NCBI GenBank assembly: GCA_045863295.1
Contig: BTWA01000019.1
Coordinates: forward strand, 36,089 to 90,177
Direction of reading: 5' to 3'
Origin: Candidatus Hydrogenedentota bacterium
GTDB taxonomy: Bacteria > Hydrogenedentota > Hydrogenedentia > Hydrogenedentales > SLHB01
DNA: 54,089 nucleotides
The notes below the pieces were generated by a model, which did no database searches, was not told the origin of the DNA, and worked only from the letters and a program-made list of their open reading frames with translations. This document shows, in pieces, positions 18,326 through 27,264 of this stretch (position 1 is its first letter; each line of letters starts with the position of its first letter). Both the position numbers and the translations under genes were made by a program.

Positions 18326-19134
18326 GTCGCACCGTGTTTATTACAGGGGCCGCGGGCGGCATCGGCGGCTATGTTGCGAACAGGCTTATTCAAGAGGGCG
18401 ATCGTGTATTTGCCACGGACGTGAATCCGGAAGGTATAGAGAAGTTGGCTTCGGAGAGAGGCTGGCCAAAAGATCAATACATGGCCGCCGAGCACGACGT
18501 CCGCAATGCGGAACAGTGGGAATCGGTGTTTGGCCGTGCGGTGGAGACGTTTGGCCGGATTGACATTTGTTTTAACAATGCGGGCGTTATGTTTGCGGGT
18601 TGGGCGCACGAACAACCCCTTAACGAGTTGGATCTTCAAATCGATATTAATGTGAAAGGGGTTATTTACGGTTCGCAGGTTTCCGCGCGTCATATGATCA
18701 AAAAGGGCGGCGGACACATCGTGAACATATCTTCGATGGCGGGGATAGCCGCGATTCCTGGCATCGCCGTGTATACGGCATCCAAACACGCCGTGCGCGG
18801 TTTTACGCTTGCGTTGTCGCTTGAACTGAAGCCGTATGGCGTGGCTACGTCCGTGGTGTGTCCGCACGCCGTGAATACCGGCTTGCTCACGCAGACTTCG
18901 CAACACGAAGCGGGCGCGATGGTATTCTCCGGTTCCCGTTTGCTGAACATTGACGAAATCGGCAATGCGATTGTCGAGCGTGTGTTCAAGTACAGGCCCT
19001 TGGAGTTTGTCATGCCTTTTCAATGGGGCATGTTGGCCAAGGCCGCCAATGCATTTCCCGCCATGTCGGGCATGTTGGCTGATTCTCTTCGGAAGAAGGG
19101 CCGGGCGCAACAGCAGAAGTGGGAACATCCCTGA
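18322..19134 (+). CDS. Short-chain dehydrogenase/reductase
   Basis: TGAAGGIG, NNAG, NISS, YTASK. ATGA overlap with the upstream gene. Confidence 0.93.
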   Translation: MSRTVFITGAAGGIGGYVANRLIQEGDRVFATDVNPEGIEKLASERGWPKDQYMAAEHDVRNAEQWESVFGRAVETFGRIDICFNNAGVMFAGWAHEQPLNELDLQIDINVKGVIYGSQVSARHMIKKGGGHIVNISSMAGIAAIPGIAVYTASKHAVRGFTLALSLELKPYGVATSVVCPHAVNTGLLTQTSQHEAGAMVFSGSRLLNIDEIGNAIVERVFKYRPLEFVMPFQWGMLAKAANAFPAMSGMLADSLRKKGRAQQQKWEHP

Positions 19135-19318
19135 TCGTTTCCGTTCCGATGCTGGAATTACATACCGGAATACTTGGCCTTTCTTTCTCCACCCCCGAAC
19201 CTTTTGCACATCCGACAGGGTTTGACATGTGGTCAAATGAATTGCCATTCTTGCCTGCGGCGCGGCAAGACAGTTTAGTCTTGCATGGGAATCAGATAAC
19301 GAGGGAGGCCGTGGGAAC

Positions 19319-20770
19319 ATGAGAATGCGTATACATGTCTTGAAATGGGCAATGCCTGTTATGGCGCTTGCCGCAATCGCGGCGGGCTGCGCCACGACGG
19401 GAAGAGACTCGGGCCAGACTTCGAATGCATCGGCGGGGCTCCAGGAAACTGCGCTGGATCGTTATGTGCATGCACCTGACCCGAATTATTCCTACCGCAT
19501 AGCCAACACTATTCCCGGCAATGGATGCAAGGTCCATATTGTCGAAATGACTTCCCAACAATACCTCACGTCGGCGGAAGTGGATCGTCCGATTTGGAAG
19601 CATTGGCAGACGATTGTGGTCCCCGACAATATACAGTCGCCCGTAGCGTTTCTGTTGATTGGAGGGGGTAGTAACGAGTCGGGTCCGCCGGAGGGTGTGG
19701 ATGATTCGTTGATACAGTTTGCCGTGGGCACCGGCAGTGTTGTTTCCGAGCTTCGCCAAGTGCCCAATCAGCCATTGATTTTCGCCAACGACAACAACCG
19801 CAAGCGATCCGAAGACGAAGCGATCGCGTATACGTGGGACAAGTTTCTCCGCACGGGTGACGAGAAGTGGCCGATGCGCCTCCCGATGACCAAATCGGCG
19901 GTAAAGGCGCTGGACACGATTACGGCGGTGTGCGCGAGCGAAGCGGGCGGCGGCCGCACGGTGGACAAGTTCGTGGTGGCGGGCGGATCCAAGCGCGGTT
20001 GGACAACCTGGACGACGGCTGCGGTTGATAAGCGCGTGGTGGCGGCGGTGCCGATCGTGATCGATCTGTTGAACATCGTGCCTTCGTTCATGCATCACTG
20101 GGAGGTGTATGGATTCTGGGCGCCCGCGGTTGGTGATTACAACGAAATGCACATCATGGACTGGATGGGCACGAAACAGTATGAAGACTTACTCAATCTG
20201 GTTGAACCGTATTCCTATCGGGCGCGGTATACAATGCCGAAATACATTGTAAATTCGACCGGCGATCAATTCTTTTTGCCGGATTCGTCGCAGTTCTATT
20301 TCGACGATTTGCCGGGGGAGAAACATCTGCGTTATGTGCCGAACACCGATCATGGCGTCAGCCGCGGATCCGACGCGATGGTGTCGATATACGCGTTCTA
20401 CGAATCGGTTGTGAAGGGCACGCCGCGGCCCCGGTATGAATGGTCGTTTGGCGATGAGGGCATGATACACGTGAAGACAATCGACAAGCCGATTTCGGTG
20501 AAACTTTGGCAGGCGACCAATCAGAATGCGCGCGATTTCCGGAGAGACATCATCGGCGAGGCCTGGACCAGCACTGATTTGGATCCGAATCAGGGTGAAT
20601 ACAACGTGGCCGCGCCGAAGCCTCCTATGGGTTGGACGGCGTATTTTGTCGAGATGACGTTTCCGGGCAGTGGGTCGGCGCCGTTTATCTTTACCACCGG
20701 TGTACGCGTGATTCCGGATACGAAGCCTTACGAGTACACGCTACCCAAGAAGTCGCCATTGGAAAAATAG
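19319..20770 (+). CDS. PhoPQ-activated pathogenicity-related (PqaA-like) alpha/beta hydrolase lipoprotein
   Basis: Lipobox IAAGC; QVPNQP, RLPMTKSA, GGSKRGWTTW, GDQFFLPD, PNTDH. Confidence 0.88.
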   Translation: MRMRIHVLKWAMPVMALAAIAAGCATTGRDSGQTSNASAGLQETALDRYVHAPDPNYSYRIANTIPGNGCKVHIVEMTSQQYLTSAEVDRPIWKHWQTIVVPDNIQSPVAFLLIGGGSNESGPPEGVDDSLIQFAVGTGSVVSELRQVPNQPLIFANDNNRKRSEDEAIAYTWDKFLRTGDEKWPMRLPMTKSAVKALDTITAVCASEAGGGRTVDKFVVAGGSKRGWTTWTTAAVDKRVVAAVPIVIDLLNIVPSFMHHWEVYGFWAPAVGDYNEMHIMDWMGTKQYEDLLNLVEPYSYRARYTMPKYIVNSTGDQFFLPDSSQFYFDDLPGEKHLRYVPNTDHGVSRGSDAMVSIYAFYESVVKGTPRPRYEWSFGDEGMIHVKTIDKPISVKLWQATNQNARDFRRDIIGEAWTSTDLDPNQGEYNVAAPKPPMGWTAYFVEMTFPGSGSAPFIFTTGVRVIPDTKPYEYTLPKKSPLEK

Positions 20771-20794
20771 GCTTACCTTATAGTCGTTTTTTCC

Positions 20795-20827
20795 GCGCCC
20801 CGCCGGATCGGCCGGGCGCTGGTTTTT
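20795..20827 (+). terminator. Possible intrinsic terminator
   Basis: GC-rich imperfect hairpin GCGCCC-C-GCCG-GAT-CGGC-C-GGGCGC followed by TGGTTTTT. Confidence 0.35.
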
Positions 20828-20892
20828 GGGGAGGCGGATCGATACATTGATGGAACACGATCCGGAAACCCAACGAAAGGAGGCATCTGCCC

Positions 20893-21477
20893 ATGAGCAG
20901 CCCCCCCAGAATCCTAGCGTTTGCGGGCAGTGCCCGTATTGAATCGTACAACAAGAAGCTGATTCGCGTAGCCGTGGAGGGGGCCCAAGCGGCGGGGGGT
21001 GACGTAACGCTGATCGACTTGCGTGATTACCCGCTTCCCTTGATGGACGAAGATCTGGAAGCCAGGGAAGGTTTACCGGAAAATGCGCGCACGTTGAAAG
21101 CGCTTTTTACCGCGCACCAAGGCCTGATGATTTCTTGCCCGGAGTATAACAGCAGCATTACGCCGCTGCTGAAGAACACGATTGATTGGGTGTCGCGCCG
21201 AGGGGAAGGGGAACAGCCGTTAGGCTGCTTCGAGGCCAAAGTGGCGGGGCTAATGAGCGCATCTCCCGGGGCGCTGGGAGGATTGCGCGGGTTGGTGGTG
21301 GTGCGCATGTTGCTGGGCAATATCCGTGTAACGGTACTGCCCGATCAAGTGGCTATTGGTAACGCGAAAGATGCTTTTGCCGACAACGGAGCGTTGGTTG
21401 ATCCCAAGCGCGACGCATCAATTCGCAACCTGGGCAAGGCTGTCGTGGACGCGGTAAGAAAACTGAACGCGAATTAA
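20893..21477 (+). CDS. NADPH-dependent FMN reductase
   Basis: GSARIESYN, PEYNSSITPLLKNTIDW, GGLRG. AAGGAGG RBS. Confidence 0.93.
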   Translation: MSSPPRILAFAGSARIESYNKKLIRVAVEGAQAAGGDVTLIDLRDYPLPLMDEDLEAREGLPENARTLKALFTAHQGLMISCPEYNSSITPLLKNTIDWVSRRGEGEQPLGCFEAKVAGLMSASPGALGGLRGLVVVRMLLGNIRVTVLPDQVAIGNAKDAFADNGALVDPKRDASIRNLGKAVVDAVRKLNAN

Positions 21478-21494
21478 ACCGGGTGTGAAGTCAC

Positions 21495-22367
21495 ATGCGA
21501 CTTATTTGTGCGATGAGCATGCTGGCGTGCGCGATGTCCGGCATGATTGCCCGCGCCGATGAACTCCCCATGGTGTATTTTCAGGCGCACCGGGGCGGTC
21601 TGGAAGAGGCTCCCGAGAATACGATGGCGGCGGTACGCCATGCATGGTCGATTCCGGGGGCAGTGCCTGAAGTCGATTTGCGCACGAGTTCCGATGGGCG
21701 GATCCTGTGTTTGCACGATGCTACGTTGGCGCGCACGACGAATGCTTCTGAACCGTTGCGTTCCACTCCTGTATCGAAATTGACGATCGAGCAGATTCAG
21801 AGTGTAGATGCCGGTGTAACTTTTGGCCCGGAGTTCATGGGTGAGCGGGTGCCGGAACTTGACGCCGTGCTCTTGGAACTGACGCGCGAGCCTGGACGCC
21901 AGATTTATCTCGATATCAAGGATGTGACAGATTCCGCGTTACAGGCGGCCATGGAGAAACACAGCTGCATTGAGCAGGTCCTGTTTGTCCATGGCAATCC
22001 GGTTCGGTGCGCGGAATTGCAGGAACTCTTTCCGGGGAGCCGCACGATGACTTGGATTAGCGGCACTCCCGATCGAATCCGTCAGCGTTATACTGAAATC
22101 CGGGAGACGGGTTTCCGTGGTATCAGCCAACTTCAATTTCACTTGCAGACGTTGGAAAACGAGGGGACAATACAGTACGTGCTGGAGCCCGCGTTTTTGG
22201 CAGAGGCTGTGGCGTCCGGCCGGGCAAAAGGTGTGGCGATACAGGTGCGCCCGTTTGATTTTGACACTCAGTCGCTTCGCAAACTGGTCGGGCTTGGGAT
22301 ACACTGGTACGTGGCGGATGCGCCGGAGCGGTTTTATCGTGCGTTGACGGGGAAAGCAGCCGAGTGA
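21495..22367 (+). CDS. Glycerophosphodiester phosphodiesterase family protein (secreted)
   Basis: AHRGG, PENT, EVDLR, SDG..LHD. Signal peptide. Confidence 0.88.
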   Translation: MRLICAMSMLACAMSGMIARADELPMVYFQAHRGGLEEAPENTMAAVRHAWSIPGAVPEVDLRTSSDGRILCLHDATLARTTNASEPLRSTPVSKLTIEQIQSVDAGVTFGPEFMGERVPELDAVLLELTREPGRQIYLDIKDVTDSALQAAMEKHSCIEQVLFVHGNPVRCAELQELFPGSRTMTWISGTPDRIRQRYTEIRETGFRGISQLQFHLQTLENEGTIQYVLEPAFLAEAVASGRAKGVAIQVRPFDFDTQSLRKLVGLGIHWYVADAPERFYRALTGKAAE

Positions 22368-22404
22368 CCGATCCGTCGAGGGGGAGCGTCCGCAAGGGGG
22401 ACGC

Positions 22405-24288
22405 GTGAAACTTCGCACGAAGTTTGGATTGCTTTTCATCGCGGTATTCGCCGTGTTGACGATTGTACTTTCCTTGCAGCAGGCCTGGTGGGTCCAACAA
22501 CTGGTGGTGGACCAAACCGCCGACCGAATGAAGCAAAATATCAGGTCCGCATGGCAAATACTGGATTCTCACCGGCGCCACCTTGAAACTGTAACCACGC
22601 TTCTTGCGGAGGAAGAGTCGCTAAAAGAGTACGAGCGGCGTACGGCCGAAGAATTGATGCCGGAGTTGCAGCGCCATTGCTCGCAGTGGCGCTTGGATGT
22701 GCTGGTACTTCTTCAAAGGGACAGCACGGTATTCGCGAGGGCGCGGTCGGAATCGCGGGGGGATGTTTTCCGGCCGAAAGGCCTTTCCGAAGTGTTCGCA
22801 TCCAACTCGCCGGCGTCTGGATATTTTCTGTTGCCGGCGGACCAAGTTCGTCTGGAAAGCGACCGGTTTCAAGATCAGTGTCTCATCGGCAGTGAACTTG
22901 GTGAGGCGATGGTCTCGTTCGCGGTTGTCCCCATTCGTTCCCAGAATGGGCGGCTCGCCGGGAGACTGCTTGCCGGCACGCTGCTGAATAATGCCAACAG
23001 CTTGGTGGACGATATTCGTCAAACAATCTTTTCCGAAGAAATTTATCAAGAGAAACCCGTGGGTACGGCCACCATCTTCCGGGGACCGGTTCGGATTGCA
23101 ACGACTGTGTTGGTGGAATCCGGGAACCGTGCCGTGGGCACATTGGTTTCCGAGGAAGTGCACGCGCAAGTGCTTGGTAAAGGCGTTCCGTGGACGGGCC
23201 CCGCGACGGTCGTCAATGACCGGTACCTTTCCCGATACGATCCGATACGCGACCCCTCTGGACGCGTGATAGGGATGCTTTACATTGGCGAATTGGAGCA
23301 AATATACCGGGACCTTGAATCGCAGACTGTCTTGAGTAATTTATCGGTGGTGTTGGCGGTGATGATATTTTCGTTCGCGGTCAGCTATTTAATTGGCCAG
23401 GGCATGTTGCGGCAAATCAGTGCATTGGATCTTGCGACACAACGTTTTGCCGCGGGCGACATGAGCGCCCGGGTGGAGGTGCATAGCCGCGATGAAATTG
23501 GCGATTTGGCGGCCTCGTTTAATGCCATGGCGCAGGAAATTGCCGAAGATCGCGAGCAGATCATAGCGCAAAAGAGTGAGATCGAGGGCGCCAACCGGAA
23601 TTACCTCGACATGCTGGGATTTGTAACCCATGAGCTTCGCAGTTCGATTAGCGCGGCGCTGTTCAATGTAGAGTTGCTGAAGGACGAATCGTTCGGTCCA
23701 CTTGAGGGCGACTTGCGAGAGGGAGTGGGCGTGGTGGAGCGCAGCCTTCGGTACATGCTGGAGGTGACGCAGAATTATCTTCAATTGTCGCGGATTGAAA
23801 AAGGCGAACTAATTCCTGTGAAGCGGCATGTGCATGTAGTGCGGGATGTAATTCAACCGGTTTTGGACGAGTGGGGCGCACAGGCGCGTGACCGGGACAT
23901 GCACATTGATGTGGCCATTCCGGACGAGCAGATTATCCGCGCCGATGCGAATTTATTGCGCATTGTGTACGACAATCTGGTTGGCAATGCGATCAAATAC
24001 GGGCGGCAAGGGGGGCGGATTCTGTTGGATTCAAAGCCTATAACCAACGGGGTTGAACTGGGTGTCCAGAATGAAGGCAAAGCCATTCCACCTGACGTAC
24101 TGCCCCGGCTGTTCGACAAATTCGAGCGTTACGACGTAGACGAATCCACGGGCCGTAAAGGCACCGGGCTTGGATTGTTTATTGTGAAGCAGATCGTATC
24201 TCGCCACGGAGGCGCCATCCATGTGACTTCCAATGCAGAGACCGGGACCCGGTTTGCCATTGCATTGAACGATGATACGCGGCTTTAG
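22405..24288 (+). CDS. Sensor histidine kinase (Cache sensor, HAMP, HisKA, HATPase)
   Basis: Two TMs, TATIF...RIATT...RAVGT Cache pattern, DEIGDLAASFNAM, THELRS, NLVGNAIKY, GTGLGL. Confidence 0.93.
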   Translation: MKLRTKFGLLFIAVFAVLTIVLSLQQAWWVQQLVVDQTADRMKQNIRSAWQILDSHRRHLETVTTLLAEEESLKEYERRTAEELMPELQRHCSQWRLDVLVLLQRDSTVFARARSESRGDVFRPKGLSEVFASNSPASGYFLLPADQVRLESDRFQDQCLIGSELGEAMVSFAVVPIRSQNGRLAGRLLAGTLLNNANSLVDDIRQTIFSEEIYQEKPVGTATIFRGPVRIATTVLVESGNRAVGTLVSEEVHAQVLGKGVPWTGPATVVNDRYLSRYDPIRDPSGRVIGMLYIGELEQIYRDLESQTVLSNLSVVLAVMIFSFAVSYLIGQGMLRQISALDLATQRFAAGDMSARVEVHSRDEIGDLAASFNAMAQEIAEDREQIIAQKSEIEGANRNYLDMLGFVTHELRSSISAALFNVELLKDESFGPLEGDLREGVGVVERSLRYMLEVTQNYLQLSRIEKGELIPVKRHVHVVRDVIQPVLDEWGAQARDRDMHIDVAIPDEQIIRADANLLRIVYDNLVGNAIKYGRQGGRILLDSKPITNGVELGVQNEGKAIPPDVLPRLFDKFERYDVDESTGRKGTGLGLFIVKQIVSRHGGAIHVTSNAETGTRFAIALNDDTRL

Positions 24289-24307
24289 ACACGGTCATTT
24301 GCATACG

Positions 24308-25486
24308 TTATAGACTTGGAGCGGACTCCTCCAGCGGAGCTTCGAGCGGCGAGGGCGGCGTGGAGTTAGCCGCTTGTCCGGACTCTTGTTGTGCATTGAC
24401 TGATTTGGGCACGTACTCGAGAAACTTGCTCTTGATCGAGGCTTCGCCATTGGCGAGCGCTGCGACGACCATGAGGCGAATGCCCGGTCTTATGTCGCGA
24501 AATGCGTTGGCTTCATCGGGCATGGAATCGCCGGATGTGTCCACGGCAGTGACAATGGTGCCGTCATCCCGCTGCCAGGTCCAACTGTCCACGGGCCCAC
24601 CGGCCGTTCTTGCCGCGGAGAGTTGAGCGGAGGCTGTGTCGAGCGCCGTGCACGCGATGAGCGCTGCGTCGACCTGTTCTTGAACAGCCCGTTCGCCAAT
24701 TTCGGCCATGAGTCGCGTGGACAACCACTCCCTCCAAGGCTCCAGATCCACTTTTCTTTCTTCCGCCGTGGCCCATGGGTCGAATTCGGGTGTACCCTCG
24801 ACCAGGGATTGCAAGGCCGCCAACGAGGCAATTCGCGTACCCAGATAGTCGTGGCTCAGGCCCGCGACCAACACGGGTACCATGCTTTCGCCGGTCTCGA
24901 CCACTTTTGTCTGGACAATTTCCCGCAATTGGGGATCGGGCTCTCCAAGCAGATCGAGGATGGCATCAGGACCCTCCACGTCCACGCGTTTAGCCACTGC
25001 GGACTTCATTGAGGCCGGAGTCGGTGCCGCCGCAATGTGCGGCGCTTTTGTGCCCCCGGTTTGTTTGTGTAAATCTTCGGCTTGCGCCTGCAAATATCCG
25101 ATGAATTGAGATTCGGGTACGAAGCCCATTCGATCGCCTATAATTTCCTGGTTCACATTAAGGAAGACGGTCCTGGGAATGGATTGTACTTGGTAGGCGC
25201 CGGCGATGTCTGGATTCTTGTCGATGTCAACCTTGATGCACACGTAGTCCCGCAGCATGCCGGTGACGTTGGAGGCGGAGAAGACTTCCTTGTCCATCTT
25301 CTCGCACCAACCGCACCATTCGGCGGTAAAGTCCAGCAGCACCCCCTTATTTTCCTTGACGGCTTGATCGAGACCCGCCTGATAGTCACTTGTCCAACGA
25401 ATACCTTCGCCGGTTTCATCGGCCATGATGTGCAAGGTCCAAGCGCATGCGATCGTCAAGATCGCGATCCCTATGGGCCGGTTCAT
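24308..25486 (-). CDS. Exported thioredoxin-fold protein with helical (HEAT-like) C-terminal region
   Basis: Signal peptide, LDFTAEWCGWCEKM, cis-Pro loop SIPR. Confidence 0.82.
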   Translation of the reverse strand: MNRPIGIAILTIACAWTLHIMADETGEGIRWTSDYQAGLDQAVKENKGVLLDFTAEWCGWCEKMDKEVFSASNVTGMLRDYVCIKVDIDKNPDIAGAYQVQSIPRTVFLNVNQEIIGDRMGFVPESQFIGYLQAQAEDLHKQTGGTKAPHIAAAPTPASMKSAVAKRVDVEGPDAILDLLGEPDPQLREIVQTKVVETGESMVPVLVAGLSHDYLGTRIASLAALQSLVEGTPEFDPWATAEERKVDLEPWREWLSTRLMAEIGERAVQEQVDAALIACTALDTASAQLSAARTAGGPVDSWTWQRDDGTIVTAVDTSGDSMPDEANAFRDIRPGIRLMVVAALANGEASIKSKFLEYVPKSVNAQQESGQAANSTPPSPLEAPLEESAPSL

Positions 25487-25490
25487 GGCA

Positions 25491-26483
25491 TTATCCTCCC
25501 GCTGACGGAGTCAGCGCCGTGTGCTCGGCTTCGGTTTCTTCGCGCACGGGGTAGTTGCGGTTGGTCCGTTCGATTCGGAACTCGTTTAACAGGGCCGCCA
25601 CGGCCTTTGTTCCGGGCTGATCTTCAAGGAGCATGGTAATTTCGTTTGCCATGGGCACGGGTTGCCCTCCCGCAAATCCGACGTTCAACGAACCGATAGT
25701 TTTTCCCTTGTCCGTGGTGTACACCAGCAACGATCTGTTGGCAATCTCGGCCTCGGCCGACGGTTGTTGGACATCTCCGCCCACGATAATACCAATTTCG
25801 AAGAATCTTTCGGCGAGCGCCTTCATTCTCTGCAGATCGACGTAAGCGAGCAAAACGATTAGATCGCTTTGAGCCTGCAACTCTGGCAGCGCCTGCGCGA
25901 TAGCCTCCTCTTCAGGCAGCACTTTCAAATCCTGTGCGATTAAGTCGGAGGGTACATTGCTTTTCACGACGCCCATGATGCCGATGCGATAGCCGTCGGC
26001 CAGGGTCACTATCCGGTGATTGGGGACGATCGGCATGCCGGATGCATCCCGGACGTTTGCCGAAACGAGCAAGGGGAACTGATCCGAAAGGGCCTTAATT
26101 CGTGCGGCGCCAAGAGACAATTCGCGCTCGCCGAGGTTGACCGCGTCATAGTTCATCGCCGTGTAGCCTTTGAGCAGGAATTCCATTTCAAAGACTTCGA
26201 AAGGCAGCGACCCGTGGGTTACGTTGCCGGCGTCGACGAGGATGCTGGGTCCTTTGCGGTTGGATTCGAGATATGTGGAGCGCCGGGCGAGGCCGCCAGC
26301 GACGCCCTGTGGGCAGTTGCAGGCATCAAGATTGCCGCGTGTGTCGCACGTGTAGAAGACGGAAACCGATTCCGGAGGCTCGATGGGTGCGCGCGCTTCC
26401 GGAGCGCCGCCGCCGCCACACGATGACAGGAGCAAGATCAACGCAACTGAAGCTAGATGCGTTGCATTGTGTAGGTTGAGCAC
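25491..26483 (-). CDS. UshA/5'-nucleotidase N-terminal-like metallophosphoesterase lipoprotein with CxC motif
   Basis: Lipobox LLSSC; GNLDACNCPQGVAGGLARR, VDAGN, YDAVNLGERE, SAN. Confidence 0.75.
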   Translation of the reverse strand: MLNLHNATHLASVALILLLSSCGGGGAPEARAPIEPPESVSVFYTCDTRGNLDACNCPQGVAGGLARRSTYLESNRKGPSILVDAGNVTHGSLPFEVFEMEFLLKGYTAMNYDAVNLGERELSLGAARIKALSDQFPLLVSANVRDASGMPIVPNHRIVTLADGYRIGIMGVVKSNVPSDLIAQDLKVLPEEEAIAQALPELQAQSDLIVLLAYVDLQRMKALAERFFEIGIIVGGDVQQPSAEAEIANRSLLVYTTDKGKTIGSLNVGFAGGQPVPMANEITMLLEDQPGTKAVAALLNEFRIERTNRNYPVREETEAEHTALTPSAGG

Positions 26484-26525
26484 CTGGCATTCCTCTCGCC
26501 GTGGGGTGAATTGAACCTGAAGCGT

Positions 26526-26551
26526 CCGTCCGCACCGGAAGGTGCGGGCGG
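26526..26551. other. Intra-operon hairpin
   Basis: CCGTCCGCACC-GGAA-GGTGCGGGCGG between the DUF4159 and phosphoesterase genes. No U-tract on the transcribed (-) strand. Confidence 0.45.
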
Positions 26552-26559
26552 GTCCATCG

Positions 26560-27264
26560 TCAGTGCGTTAGCGCGTAGGTGATGATGTTTGTATTCACGC
26601 GCTCGGAGTTTTTGACTTCATTGCCGCCGCAACAACAGCAACCGCGCACATTGCCGGTATCGTTCAACCCTTCGGGGCTGTACACAAGCACGATTCGATT
26701 GTCGATCTCATAGCCTTCCAACAGGGCCGAGCCGCCGCTTTTGAGATAGATCTGATTAATCTCGAAAACGGTATGGTAAATCGGATGATTGATAGGGATC
26801 TTCACCAATTCGCCATCGGGAAAGATACGGTCGAATTCTTTGCGGAACGATTGATCCCATTCGCGTGATGAGCAACCGGCTGACGCCAGGAGAAACCCTC
26901 CCCGCGTTAGATAGGCCTTCAAATTCACCCGTTCCTGTTCAAAAAGTGAAAAGGCACCTTCGCCGGTCATAATGGCAAACGGATAATTGAACACGTCCTC
27001 GCTTGCAAGCTTTACGGGGGTGAATCCGCGATCCGCGTCCACATTGGTTTCCTGGGCGACGGTGGCCAGGAACTTGTCGCTGAAGCAGACGGAACTCTTG
27101 GAACCCGCATAAATCAAATTCGCGCAGGTAATGCTGTCCGCGGGGTCTTCGCCGTGTGCGGGCGGTCTAGCCGGTGCAGGTGGATTTCCAGACGCGCCCG
27201 CCAGTAGAAACGTTGCGGCCGCGAGCCCGATTGCGCGCATTGACAAGCCGAGTTTCCTGTTCAT
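26560..27264 (-). CDS. DUF4159 domain protein (exported)
   Basis: YPFAIMTGEG, ERVNLKAYLTRGGFLL, HPIY, C-terminal NIITYALT. Signal peptide, and typical operon context. Confidence 0.8.
   Translation of the reverse strand: MNRKLGLSMRAIGLAAATFLLAGASGNPPAPARPPAHGEDPADSITCANLIYAGSKSSVCFSDKFLATVAQETNVDADRGFTPVKLASEDVFNYPFAIMTGEGAFSLFEQERVNLKAYLTRGGFLLASAGCSSREWDQSFRKEFDRIFPDGELVKIPINHPIYHTVFEINQIYLKSGGSALLEGYEIDNRIVLVYSPEGLNDTGNVRGCCCCGGNEVKNSERVNTNIITYALTH

Noticed and set aside
25491..27264. Selenocysteine recoding in the Cys-motif genes
   Set aside because: The ORFs are open with ordinary Cys codons; no in-frame TGA.
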